A stretch of 64,000 nt of DNA from an uncultured Planctomycetota bacterium (GCA_963737655.1 CAVTTN010000002.1:1120001-1184000); one strand, 5' to 3'. Counted from the first letter of the stretch, positions 1 through 10,556 are shown. The notes: generated by a model from the sequence alone, not told the origin. A program made the numbers and translations.

Positions 1-1216
1 TAGAAAAATTGTACATATATTTCAAGAGCGTGCCCAGGGAGACGAGGGAGTATGTGGAGCATGCGAATGCAGCCACACAAAAAACAAACGAAAAGAAGAT
101 CGAAGCAATGAATCCCTTAGAAAAGAATCCCTTAGAAAAACCATTGTGTTTCCACGTTAAATATGTAAGACCAATCGATGCTGCCGACAGCAGCAGGGTC
201 GCCATGAGCCAGAAGATCCCTGACAGAGCGAGAGGCAGAATCGTGCCGACAACTCGTGCAAGAGGGGTTGGAAAGGATCTGATCGAGAGTGTCACTGCGG
301 CCGCCCCAGGCGCAAGTTCATGCTGTTTTTGGATGAGCGATACGCCAGGGAACCCAATAGTCACCGATGACATGCCCGACGGCTGAGTTCTCGGGGTTAC
401 CACAATCCATCTTCCATTAATCACATATTGATCATATTCAACTGTTTCATAATTGCTTCCAAACAATCCAAATTCCTGAGTTTTCCGACTTTGCGTCAAG
501 TGTTCTCTGTATGCGTCCAATGTTCCTCGGCGCACCGTGAATCCAGGGGGTGCCACCGTAGTGGCACCCGTGATGAGCCGTTCTACCTCTGCATCTGTCA
601 AGACATAGGGATCGAGAGGAACGCCTGGCAGGTGAAACACTCGATCCTTGAAGAATCCTCTTGAGATTGAGGCGGGGATTTCCTCCTGCTGTCCATTGAC
701 GACGTCAGCGACACGTTCCTCTGACCAAGCAGAATCCACAATCTTTGACATGACTGACCCAAATTGATTACTTTTTAAGTACAAAAAAATTGAAGGCATA
801 AATGGAATTGCGATCATAAACATTACGATGATAGATAAAATATCCGCAAACAGCAACCAGCGGGTGCCCTGTCTGAGGGACCTGTGTGCCTTTCTTCGTG
901 ACTTGGGTCGCCTTCCCCCGATCGGTTCCTCAGACAAGTCTAGGCTCGCCAGTAGCTGTGGCGGTCGTGGGTCCAAGTCGCTGGAGTCCCACGATTCCTG
1001 CACCGGCGTTGCCGGCTCGACCCGCGATGTTGAGGTGGTCCCCTGCTGACCGACGGTGTTTCTTGGTTCGTCGTTCGAAACCCCGCTGGTGTTCAGCAGC
1101 TCCGCGCTTTCAGGTGATGCACTTGCAACGTCCTTCATTGGTGAGGGTGCTGCTGCATCTGGTGGCCCACCCGAACTTGACTGATGGGAGTCATTCGGTT
1201 CGGAACCCTCGGTCAT
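1..1216 (-). CDS. Hypothetical membrane protein, runs off the left window edge (>400 aa); not in the ORF track
   Basis: Manual translation: ATG at 1216 preceded by AAGGAG, open frame with no stop to position 1 (MTEGSEPNDSH...WLLFADILSIIVMFMIAIPFMPSIFLY...GIFWLMATLLLSAASIGLTY...FIASIFFSFVFCVAAF). Several hydrophobic segments; visibly AT-richer than the rest of the window. Confidence 0.75.
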   Translation of the reverse strand, partial: MTEGSEPNDSHQSSSGGPPDAAAPSPMKDVASASPESAELLNTSGVSNDEPRNTVGQQGTTSTSRVEPATPVQESWDSSDLDPRPPQLLASLDLSEEPIGGRRPKSRRKAHRSLRQGTRWLLFADILSIIVMFMIAIPFMPSIFLYLKSNQFGSVMSKIVDSAWSEERVADVVNGQQEEIPASISRGFFKDRVFHLPGVPLDPYVLTDAEVERLITGATTVAPPGFTVRRGTLDAYREHLTQSRKTQEFGLFGSNYETVEYDQYVINGRWIVVTPRTQPSGMSSVTIGFPGVSLIQKQHELAPGAAAVTLSIRSFPTPLARVVGTILPLALSGIFWLMATLLLSAASIGLTYLTWKHNGFSKGFFSKGFIASIFFSFVFCVAAFACSTYSLVSLGTLLKYMYNFS

Positions 1217-1520
1217 GTCCCGCTCCTTTCGCACCGATCACCGAGTAAAGCCACCTGTTGCAAGGGAGTCGTACCGGAGCATCGACCTCCGCGGCCCCCA
1301 CGGAAACCCGCTCGCCGGAGTTTCGAACTGCGTCCACCGGCTCGCCTCCTCCCACTGACGCTCGGCTCCTGTCCGCGGTGAGCCTGTTCTGAAAATGGGA
1401 CCGACCGGATTGCCAGATCGCCGACATCCTGCCCATTTTCATGGTCTCAGGGTGCCGCTCGCGGCATGGCGACTAACATGAAGTAGACATCGAAAGTGAC
1501 GCAGAATCCCCGGATTTGCG

Positions 1521-1574
1521 GGATTACACGTCCTAAATGACGTGACTTATCACGTCATTTAGGACGTGTAATCC
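1521..1574. repeat. Perfect inverted repeat, 25-bp arms, 4-nt loop
   Basis: GGATTACACGTCCTAAATGACGTGA-CTTA-TCACGTCATTTAGGACGTGTAATCC, read directly from the sequence. Confidence 0.95.
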
Positions 1575-2207
1575 TGAGCCGGATTTTCATCTTGCCGGCG
1601 AGGAACTCACCCCGCAAGAAATTTCTTGGATTTTTTCCTCCTGGATTCGATTCGGCCGGTGGTCCGCTTCCTTCCAGACGTTCTGGATGCTCTGGGTTCT
1701 CCCCGCCCCGTGCTCCGCCGGGAGATCAGGACACCGGGGCGACGTGCGATCCGAGTTACCCCGAAATCGGTGATCGGGGGCCCTTGCCGATCTCCCGGTT
1801 CGAGGCAGGATTCATCGAAATTTGATGACTTTTGGATTTGTTGAGGCGTTTTGAGGGACGATCGTCGCGGCCTCCTCGGTTGCGTCTCGATCGGGTCGTC
1901 CTGCGGGACGCGGCGGGGTTTCGCAGGACTTGTTGTTCTTGCTAGTTTAGGGGTCTTGGGGATTTGGGGAGATTTGTCAAATCTATGGAGGGAGATGGGG
2001 GAAGGGGGAGTTTGGCGGGGTGTTCTTGCGTCGATGACGGCGGGCCGCGGCTTGCCCTCCGAGGAGTCGTCGTGCGAGCGGCGGCCGCTGTTGGGAGCCG
2101 TGTTTTGTCCTTGTTCTGGGATCTGGATCTTGGAATTTTCAAAATCTGTTCGATACTGGGGATTTGGATTTCATTAGAAATGCGTGGGCGAAAATGTTGG
2201 GGGAAAC

Positions 2208-2241
2208 TTGACTACACTTTCGGGCAAGTTGACTACACTTT
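2208..2241. repeat. 13-bp direct repeat with 21-bp period
   Basis: TTGACTACACTTT at 2208-2220 and 2229-2241, flanked by GGGAAA (2201-2206) and TTTCCC (2241-2246). Confidence 0.85.
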
Positions 2242-2822
2242 TTCCCGAAAAACGTCGGGAACGGCGGTTTTCAGGCTGTTTCCGGGCGCGCACCGACTGC
2301 GCACATTGGTCCGATCCCCATATCTGGGATCTTGAGGATCTTGGTTTTAAGTTTTGGAGTTTGCTGGAGTTGCGTCGAACGGGTGTTGGGGTCGTTTTGC
2401 TCGTTTTCTGTCCGAAGTGGGTGACAAGTCCGGGTCGTGGGCGAGGGGCTTTGGGGGTGGGTGGTTTCTCGGGTCGCCGTTGGTTTTTTGGGATTGGGTG
2501 ATCGTCGGGGGCGTGGGTCTCGATGGTTTCGAGCAAAGGGGACTCGCGTGGGGCCGGGGGTTCCGGCCTTGCGGTGGGTCGTGGCTTGGGGTCTTGCCGT
2601 GCTCTGCCCTTCGGTCTGCGATCGGATACCCCGGGTGGACCGTCCGGCACCCTTGTCGGCGGCCCTTCCCATCCCGGACATACGGGGACCCGGCCGGTTC
2701 AGGCCGACCCGAGGCCGCCGGAATCGGCCCCTGGCGCCGCCCGGGTCGGCGGGTCCGTGGAAACCGTGGGCGAGAGCGGTTCACCATGGGATCAGGAGTT
2801 ACGCGGTCGAGGAAAAGGCAAT

Positions 2823-2926
2823 GGCCTTCGGCGAAACGCAGATGACGCAGATTACCCAGATTAATAAAATGAGAATTCATGTATTAAATCTGCGTCATCT
2901 GCGTCATCTGCGTTTCGCCGAAGGCC
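2823..2926. repeat. Palindromic element with internal 9-nt tandem units (ACGCAGATN family), copy 1
   Basis: GGCCTTCGGCGAAACGCAGATGACGCAGATTACCCAGATT...AATCTGCGTCATCTGCGTCATCTGCGTTTCGCCGAAGGCC; a related copy lies at 57346-57438. Confidence 0.9.
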
Positions 2927-3026
2927 CTCCTGAATCCGTTGTCGTGACCGAAGTGCGTCACTCCTCTGGACAAGGCCCGGGGCGAGGGCTGGCCGTGAAC
3001 CTCAGTCGTTTGGCACTGGACACTTC

Positions 3027-4025
3027 TCACGGCTCCACGGTGGCGAACGCGGTGACCTTCACGGGGGGCTCGTCCTTCACGTTGGTGGCGATCTCCAGGA
3101 CGGCGTTGTAGGCGCCGGGCTGGTTCGGGGCCTTCAGGGTGACGTTGAGCATCTGGACCTGGGCCTCGGTCTCGGCGGCCTTGGCGGCGGAGAGCTCGGG
3201 CCGGGCCGAGGTCGTCCCGGTGATCTTGAACGGCTTGGCCGAGCGGACCATCACGGGCCTGGTGACCGTCTGGCCCGCCTTGACCCGGCCGAGGACGAGG
3301 TTCCCGGGCGAGACGGTGACCGCCCCCTGGATGTTGGCCACGACCGAGATCGGGATCGCCTGGGCCTGGGGGTCGTTGGTGACCAGGGTGATCTCGTCCT
3401 TGAAGTAGCCGACCGGGGCCGAGGGATTCAGGGTGACGGTGGTCTGGAACAGGAGGCCGCCGCCGGTCTCCTGGAACGGCCCGGTGACCTTGGCCGTGAC
3501 GTGCTTGGTGAGGGTCCTGGCCTCGACGACCCCCCAGCCCGGCTGGCCTCCCCGATAGCTCAGGTTCAGGACGAGCGAGGGGCTGGAGCCGCGGGAGACG
3601 GTGCCGAAATCGGCCACGCCCGGGTTCATCGCCACGTCTCCGCGGATGAAGCACCCGAGGTTCAGGTCTTTTTCGGCGTAGGTCGGGCCGGTGAGCTGCA
3701 AGGTCAGGCCCGAATCCTTCCGGCCCTGGAACCGCGTGGTGTCCAGGGTGGCCTCGATGGGGGCGCGGGTTCCGGGCGGGACGGTCCGGGCGCCGAGCTT
3801 CACGTCGGTGCAGCCGCACTTGGGGCGGTATCCGGCGATCTGGATGTCGGCACCGGTCGTGTTGACCAGCCAGAAGGTATAGCGGAGCTTGGTGCCCCGG
3901 GCGACGGTTCCGAACTCGTGGGCCGTCTCGGGGAAGAGGCCGTCGGACCAGGTCTGGGCCGTCGCGGACGAGCCGAGGAGGGCGACGGTCACCGCGAGGG
4001 CCAGGGCGGGAAGGACTCGACGCAT
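3027..4025 (-). CDS. DUF1573 domain-containing secreted protein (tandem Ig-like domains)
   Basis: Signal peptide, then 'HEFGTVARGTKLRYTF...PKCGCT...VPPG' typical of DUF1573, with repeated 'DFGTV'/'LGRV' Ig-like modules. Confidence 0.8.
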   Translation of the reverse strand: MRRVLPALALAVTVALLGSSATAQTWSDGLFPETAHEFGTVARGTKLRYTFWLVNTTGADIQIAGYRPKCGCTDVKLGARTVPPGTRAPIEATLDTTRFQGRKDSGLTLQLTGPTYAEKDLNLGCFIRGDVAMNPGVADFGTVSRGSSPSLVLNLSYRGGQPGWGVVEARTLTKHVTAKVTGPFQETGGGLLFQTTVTLNPSAPVGYFKDEITLVTNDPQAQAIPISVVANIQGAVTVSPGNLVLGRVKAGQTVTRPVMVRSAKPFKITGTTSARPELSAAKAAETEAQVQMLNVTLKAPNQPGAYNAVLEIATNVKDEPPVKVTAFATVEP

Positions 4026-4296
4026 GGGGAGGACGTCCCTTCAAGAGAGGGGAGAAGCGATCGGCGGCGACATCGGCAATTCGGTCGTTTCGCTCGCGAA
4101 ATCATACCATGAGGGGGCCGCGATGGGGGCGGGAAATCGGGTCGCAACCGGCGCGCCGGGGTCGGCCGGGCGGTCGGAATCGCCGGGCCGGCCTGTTCGG
4201 CGGGTCGGGTCCATGATACCGTTAAGAGACGGCCATGTCGGGGCGCCTTCCGGCCCGCCCCGAGGCCCCTCTTCGGCCCGATCGGACGATCCCGCG

Positions 4297-4728
4297 ATGC
4301 TCAAGCCCTCGGTCCAGGTCCGCGAGGAAGACGGCGTCCTGACGGCCGAGTTCTGGGACTGCCTGAGGCTCGACCCCGCCCCCATCGGCGACCTCCGCCG
4401 CGAATTCGAAGGCTATCACAAGAGGACCGGCAAGTCCGCCCTGGTCGTGGACCTCAACGGCGTGACGTTCGCCGGCTCGGCCGCCCTGGGCGGGTTCCTG
4501 GGCATCCGCAAGCAGGGCGCGAAGATCATCTTTTGTAATCTCGACCCGACCGTCCGCGAGGTCTTCCGCGTCTCCAAGCTCGACCCGCTGTTCCACTTCG
4601 CCGAGGACAAGCCGGCCGCCCTCGCCCTGGCCAACGCCCCGGACGACGCCCCGCACGCCCCCAACTCGCCCCGGCCCGACGCCCCCCCGCCCGGTCCCGC
4701 CCCGCTGCGACGACGACGACCGACCTGA
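4297..4728 (+). CDS. STAS domain protein (anti-sigma factor antagonist)
   Basis: 'VVDLNGVTFAGSAALG...CNLDPTVREVFRVSKLD'; start reassigned to the ATG at 4297 within ORF 3889..4728. Confidence 0.85.
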   Translation: MLKPSVQVREEDGVLTAEFWDCLRLDPAPIGDLRREFEGYHKRTGKSALVVDLNGVTFAGSAALGGFLGIRKQGAKIIFCNLDPTVREVFRVSKLDPLFHFAEDKPAALALANAPDDAPHAPNSPRPDAPPPGPAPLRRRRPT

Positions 4729-4775
4729 ACCAAGTCGAACAAAATCGACGCATCCCGACCGGGAGACGACACCCG

Positions 4776-5138
4776 ATGCCCGCCCCTTCGCGGATCGCCG
4801 TGGATGACCTCGACGGCGTCCCCGTCGTCCGGTTCCTCGACCGCCAGCTCTACGACGATCGCACGGTCCGAGAGGTCGGCGACGCTTTGATGAGCACCGC
4901 GACCGCCAACCCGGGCCCGTTCCGGCTGATCCTGGATTTCTCCGGCGTGACGATGATCTCCAGCGCCCTGATCGGCCGGCTGGTCCTCCTCCAGCGCAAG
5001 GCCGATGCTTCCGGAGGGACGCTCCGGCTCTGCGACCTGGGCAAGCCGGTCTTCGACGCCCTGAAGACCACCAACCTCGACCGAATCCTCAAGATCGCCC
5101 GAGACCGCCGAGAGGCCCGAGAGGCGTTCGGCGATTGA
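4776..5138 (+). CDS. STAS domain protein (anti-sigma factor antagonist)
   Basis: 'LILDFSGVTMISSALIGRLV...GTLRLCDL...TTNLDRIL'. Confidence 0.88.
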   Translation: MPAPSRIAVDDLDGVPVVRFLDRQLYDDRTVREVGDALMSTATANPGPFRLILDFSGVTMISSALIGRLVLLQRKADASGGTLRLCDLGKPVFDALKTTNLDRILKIARDRREAREAFGD

Positions 5139-5201
5139 AAGAGGGCCGTCCTGCGACCTCGCCGAGGTCCTCGGGTGTCCCTCCCACGAATCGATCGAGC
5201 C

Positions 5202-6587
5202 TTACACCCGGACCCGCTTCCACCCGCCCTGGAGGAACCTTGCCGCGATCAGCGTCCCCCTCACCGCGAGATCGACCAACATGGCGATCCAGGCGCCGTT
5301 GAGGCCCATTTCCCAGCCTCCTCGATCTCTCGGCAGGGTCAGGAGATAGGTCAGGGGGAGGCGGACGGTCAGGTAGCCGACGAGGACGATCACCCAGGGC
5401 CATCGGGTGTCCCCGGCGCCCCGGAGCGAGCCGGTCAGGACGTTGATCGTGGCCAGGAACGGCAGGGCGAAGGCGACGATCCGCAGGACCGGCACGCCCA
5501 TCGCCGCGACCTCGGGGTGGGACCGGCCGAGGAAGAGGCCGAACATGCTCTCGGCGTTCGCATAAAGGATCGCCCCGAAGAACGTGATGAAGACGACCCC
5601 GCCGAGCCAGGCCGTTTTGGCGGACCTGGCGGCGAGGTCCGGCCGACCGGCGCCGAGGTACTGGCCGGTCAGGGTGCTCGCGGCCACGGCGAACGCCTGG
5701 ACGGTCAGGAAGGCGATCGCCTCGCAGCGGATGGCGACCCCGTGGGCGGCGGTGGCCGTCTTGCCGATCTCGTTGATCAGGCTGAGGAACCAGAGCTGGC
5801 AGAGCGTGTTCGTGAGGCTCTCTCCGGCCGCCGGGAGGCTGACCCGCAAGATCCTCCGGGTCGCGTCGGCCGTCGGGACCATCCCCTTCCACGAGAGCGA
5901 CAGGCCCGAGCGTCCCCGGGCGAGCAGGCCGAGGAGGATCAGGCCGCCGAGACCTTCGCCCGCGGCCGTCCCGAGGGCGACGCCCCGGAGGCCCAGCCTG
6001 GGCAGGCCGAGGAACCCGGTCACCAGCGACCAACTGATCGCCGCGTTCACGACGTTGATGACGAGCATCACATACATGCCCGTTTTCGTGTCGCCAGCCC
6101 CTCGCAAGCACGCCACGCCGACGACCTCGGCCGCCAGCAAGGGCGTGATCGCCAGGATGATCCGCAAGAAGCCGACGGCCTCGCTCGCCTCGGTCCCCTT
6201 CAGGTTCATGGCCCCGATGATCGCCGGGGCCGCGAGCAGGCCCGCCGCCCCGATCGTCGATCCGACGACCAGGGCCAATCCCATCGCCCGGCGACACGTC
6301 TCGGTCGCCTCGCGAAAATCCCCCTCGCCGACCCGCCTCGCCACCAACGCCGTGGCCCCGGCGGAGACCACCATCATCAGGCTGCCCAGCGACCAGAGCA
6401 GGTACGTCCCGACGGTCACCGCCGCGAGCTGCTCGTCTCCCAGGAACCGGCCGGTCAAAATCGTATCCGAGATCCCCACCAGATAAAGCAACGCCTGCTC
6501 GACCAGGACCGGCAGGGCGAGCCTCGCGACCTGCCCCGGGATCGATCCTCCCACGCGAACTCGGGGCGGGGCCGTCGAGACGTTCAT
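5202..6587 (-). CDS. MATE family efflux transporter
   Basis: 'LALPVLVEQ', two 'LRGAGDT' motifs, about 12 TM segments; start set at MNVST (6587). Confidence 0.9.
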   Translation of the reverse strand: MNVSTAPPRVRVGGSIPGQVARLALPVLVEQALLYLVGISDTILTGRFLGDEQLAAVTVGTYLLWSLGSLMMVVSAGATALVARRVGEGDFREATETCRRAMGLALVVGSTIGAAGLLAAPAIIGAMNLKGTEASEAVGFLRIILAITPLLAAEVVGVACLRGAGDTKTGMYVMLVINVVNAAISWSLVTGFLGLPRLGLRGVALGTAAGEGLGGLILLGLLARGRSGLSLSWKGMVPTADATRRILRVSLPAAGESLTNTLCQLWFLSLINEIGKTATAAHGVAIRCEAIAFLTVQAFAVAASTLTGQYLGAGRPDLAARSAKTAWLGGVVFITFFGAILYANAESMFGLFLGRSHPEVAAMGVPVLRIVAFALPFLATINVLTGSLRGAGDTRWPWVIVLVGYLTVRLPLTYLLTLPRDRGGWEMGLNGAWIAMLVDLAVRGTLIAARFLQGGWKRVRV

Positions 6588-6946
6588 GGAGAGATTGAAC
6601 CGTCGAGGCGTCCGAGGCGCCAAGGGGAGACGGGAGGAGGATTTTGCGATCCGAAGCGGTGAGATCCCGAAGAGATCGTCACCGATCGCCAATCTCCGGA
6701 CGTTGTGAAGTCTGGACAACCCGCCGCATCGGAGCGATCTTTCCCAGGAATGGACTTGCAACGGCTCGACTCGTGCCCGATCACGTCCCCAACCCTCAGG
6801 ACGACACCCCGGGTCACCCCCGGCCCCAGGTCGCGAGGCCTCCGCCCCGTTCGCCAAGATCCACTTTTCAGTGGATTGGGATCGCTAGATTCAAGCACAA
6901 TCTGTTCGTCGGATCGAGAATCGCGGAGGGCCTTGTGGACACGCTC

Positions 6947-8104
6947 ATGCACTTACTCTCCCTGACATCGTGCGTCGCCATCCTGGCGGCCTGGACCCCC
7001 GCGCCGGCCGACGAGGCCGGGCGCCCTCTCGAAGATATGGGCCACCGGGTCAGGGATGTTGTGTTCAGCACGGAAGGCCGCCTCGTGGCGGTCTCCGATG
7101 CGAGGTTCTGCCTGGATGGCACGAGGGCGAGCTCGCTTCGGATCTGGGACGCGACGACCGGCCGGGTCGTCCGCACGTTGATGGAGGAACGCGACATCAA
7201 GTTCGTGCCCCCGTCGCGTGCCCTCGCATTCAGCCCCGATGGACTGAAGCTGGCGTCCGTCGGGCCGCTCCTCTGCGCCGATCCCACGCCCGGCGCCCCG
7301 CGCCCCCTGAAGACCTGGTCGGGCGGGAAGCTCCGGCTCTGGGACGTCGAGCGTGGCCGCCTCCTGGAAGAGGTGAAAGACCCGGGCCCGGTCTTCCAGG
7401 CCGTGACCTTCGGCAAGACGATCGCCTGCATCGATGAAGGGTGGAGGCTCCATGAGTACCGCGGCGACGCCGGCAAGGAACTGGCCTGTATCACCCCCAG
7501 GGGGGCCAGCCCGAAGGATTATCCATCCTCGCTGACCGCGAGCATCGCGTCGTTCGACCGGGCCGCGCGACGCGCCGTCGCGATCGTCGGCCGGAGGAAG
7601 ACCATCCCGGGGCCTGCACCAGTGATCCTGGCGTTGTGGGACGCGGATCGGCCTTCGGCCCGCTATCTCGATCTCAGGGACACCTCCCCGGACGCCGTCG
7701 CGATCGATCCCGATGGGCTCAGGTTCGCGGTCGCCGACTTCGACAGCCAGAGCCATAACGTCCCAATGGACCAACAAGTCTTGGTCCGCGACTTCGGCTC
7801 GGGCGAGGTCGTCCAGGAGATGGAGAAGACCGACATCGGCCAGCCGTTGCTCATCCGCTTCAGCCCGGACGGGACCAGGCTCGTGGCGGGCGACGAGAAG
7901 GACAACATTGACGTTTGGGACGCTCACACTGCACGGCACGTCCGCCGCATCCAGGGCCCTTCGGGCCTCGTGCCTCGTGCGATCGTCTTCCTGGATGGCC
8001 GCGTGCGGGTCGCCAGCGGAGGGAATGGCCTGTTGCGAGGCGCCACCGCAGACGAGCCGGCCACCTGGGAGCCATTGGTGATCTGGGAGGCCGCGATCCG
8101 ATAG
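6947..8104 (+). CDS. Secreted WD40-repeat protein
   Basis: 'LRIWDATTG', 'LAFSPDG', 'LRLWDVERG', 'FSPDGTRLVAG', 'DVWDAHT'; signal peptide from the ATG at 6947. Confidence 0.8.
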   Translation: MHLLSLTSCVAILAAWTPAPADEAGRPLEDMGHRVRDVVFSTEGRLVAVSDARFCLDGTRASSLRIWDATTGRVVRTLMEERDIKFVPPSRALAFSPDGLKLASVGPLLCADPTPGAPRPLKTWSGGKLRLWDVERGRLLEEVKDPGPVFQAVTFGKTIACIDEGWRLHEYRGDAGKELACITPRGASPKDYPSSLTASIASFDRAARRAVAIVGRRKTIPGPAPVILALWDADRPSARYLDLRDTSPDAVAIDPDGLRFAVADFDSQSHNVPMDQQVLVRDFGSGEVVQEMEKTDIGQPLLIRFSPDGTRLVAGDEKDNIDVWDAHTARHVRRIQGPSGLVPRAIVFLDGRVRVASGGNGLLRGATADEPATWEPLVIWEAAIR

Positions 8105-8248
8105 CCCTGGGCGTATCCTCCGCTTCTCGACGACTTCGGACGCCCTGGATGACGGAGACCCGTCGATTCCCGTCCTCGACGCCGACCTCGGCTTCGAACC
8201 GATCGACACGATCCGCCCGAGGGCTTCGCTCGAAGGGCCGATCGCGAT

Positions 8249-10556
8249 TCACGGCCGGTCGAGCGCTTTCTTGAGGGCGGAGAACCGGGCCTTCATGGCG
8301 GCGCCTCCGAGGCCGGGGTGGAGGAGCTCGGTTCCTTCGATTAGCCTTCGGGCCGGGTCTTTTCGCCCTTCCTTGCCGAGGGCGGCGGCCTGGCCGAGCC
8401 GGGCGAGGAACCAGAGGGGCGACCCCGACTCGGCCCGGTGGGCGAGCTTGCGGTACGACTCGGCCGCCTCCGCCGGCTCGCCGGATTTGAGCTGGAGGTC
8501 GGCCAGGTCGGCCAGGTCCTCGGGTCCGAGCGCCTCGGGCGAGAGCGGTTTCGGATCGTTCAGGACGGCCCTGGCTCCGTCGCGGTCGCCCGAGAGGAGC
8601 CGCCCTCGGGCCCTCCGTAACCTGGCCTCGGTCACCCTCTTCGGCGGGACGCGGTCTCCGAGGCGGTCGGCGATCAGGGCCTCGATCCCTCCGGCCCGGC
8701 GGCTGACCCGGTCGCTGGCCGAGGCCGACGCCACGCGGTCGAGGTCTCGGGCCAGGTCGAGCCGGACGTCGGGCGGGATCGTCGGCGGGAGGTCGCTCGC
8801 GGCCTTCTCGGCGTCCAGGAGCTTCTCGGCCGAGACCATGGCCACGATCTTCAGGGCCGAGACCCGGGCCCGGGCGGCGTCTCTCAGGGGGCCTCGGGCC
8901 ACTCGTTCGATCGTGGCGAGGGCCTGGGACGGGTCGCCGAGGCCGGGGATCAGGTCCAGCCGGGCCCGTTCCAGGGCGATCTCGGCCTTGTCGGAGTCGT
9001 CCTTCGCCTGGGAGGCCAGGGCGTCGAGCGCCTTGCGGGCCTCGGCCAGCTCGGGGCCGATTTCCGAGGGGCTCGACCACGAACCGTTTCGCCGCGATCG
9101 CCTCGCGACGCATCGCCGAGGCGGCGAGCCGGGCGTCGAGCCATCGCGAGTGGTCGCGAGGGACCGACTCGAACAGGGCTTCGGCCTCGGATCGCTCGCC
9201 CTGGTCGAGCCGGTCGAGCCCGAAGAGCCATCGGGCCTCTCCGGTGCTGGGGTCGTCGGGAAACTGGGCGATCTGGTCGGCCAGGGCCCGGCGATAGCCG
9301 GAGACGGTCGGCCCGTCCTGCCCTTCGGCCAGGGCCCGGCCCTGGGCCAGGGCCCGGAGCATCCCGGCCCGGGGCCGAAGGGCCTTCGCGGACGGGTCGG
9401 CGAGGACCCGGGAGAACACGGCGTCCGCCCTGGCGAATTTCCCGGCCGAGAACAGGACGGCCCCGGCGCGGAACCGCAGGTCGGCCGCGCCCTGGGGATC
9501 GCCCCGGGCCTCGGACCGGGCCGCGGCGTTCAGGGCGAGCCGGGCGGAGCGATCGGGCTCGCCCAGGGCCTCGGCCGCCCGGGCCAGCAACGCCCAGGCC
9601 GACGGCTCGGCCGACGACGCCGGCTCGTCGATCGCCCGGCCGAGGTCCAGAAGGGCGAGCCGGCCTTCGGCCGGGGCCGATTGCACGAGCGCCTCGGTCC
9701 GCCGAAAGGCGTCGGCCTCGATGTCCGTCCGGGCCGGGCCGGGAGGCGTCGCCGCGTGCTCGGCCAGCCGGAGCCGGATCGCCAGGAGGTCTCGCTCGGC
9801 GGCCGGGATCGCCGCATCCTTCAAGGCCGCGAGCAGATCGCTCGCCCGATGCCGGCCGGCGGCGATCGGGACGCTTGCGGAGAGCCTCTCGGAGAGGCTC
9901 GTCGCGCCGGTCCTGGCCGAGGCGTCCAGCGCCTCCTGGGCCTCATCGAACCGCCCGGCCTCGGCCAGGAGCTCGGCCCGGAGCAGGTCGACGTGGCCCC
10001 GGAGGCTCGGCTCGGGGAAGGGGGCCTGGAGGAGCTTCAGGGCCTCGGCGCGATCGGAGGCCGAATTCGGCAACTTCAAATCGGCGCGATCGGCCAGGGC
10101 CCGGGCCAGCCGATATCGCGCGTTCCGGCCGAGGAGGTCGTCGGGACCGGCGACCACGGGCCTCAATCGCTCGACGGCCGAGGAGAGCGCCGAAGCCGCC
10201 TCCGCCGGGGCCCGACGATCCAGGGGCGCCCTCTCCGCCTCCGACGACCAGCTCCGCCCCCTCGCCCACGAGTACACGGCCGACTGGAACTCGAACTGGC
10301 GGCGGTCGGGATGCTCGGGGTTCCTCGTCGAGAACCCATCCAGCAAGGCGGATGCCGCCGACCACCGCCTCCGCCTCTCCTCCGGAGTCGAGGCCGACCC
10401 GGCGGCGCGATCGAGCGTGCCGGCGAGGTCCAGGGCGACCCGTTCCCTCTCGCCGATCGGCCGGGACGGATCGTCCATCGCCGCCCGCCGGGACTCCACG
10501 AACGCCTCGACCTCGTCCTCGACCGGGGCCATCAGCACCAGGGCCAGAAGGAGCAT
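8249..10556 (-). CDS. Large secreted TPR/helical-repeat protein (frameshift near 9068)
   Basis: The Ala/Leu/Arg-rich helical frame of ORF 7860..10556 continues in the frame of ORF 8249..8902 if one C is removed from GAGCCCC (VEPSEIGPELAEARK). Confidence 0.7.

Noticed and set aside
548..569. Hairpin GGGTGCCAC-CGTA-GTGGCACCC
   Set aside because: Short, single copy and inside a coding frame; could arise by chance.
9..1248. Plus-strand ORFs 9..386, 428..664, 828..1049 and 886..1248
   Set aside because: They are shadows of the continuous minus-strand membrane protein gene.
1471..1498. Possible dif-like site (minus strand ...TCATGTTAGTC)
   Set aside because: Only a partial match to a XerD arm and no credible XerC arm.
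1217..3026. Replication origin in the long intergenic region
   Set aside because: No DnaA-box cluster or AT-rich unwinding element recognised, and no dnaA/dnaN/rep gene nearby.
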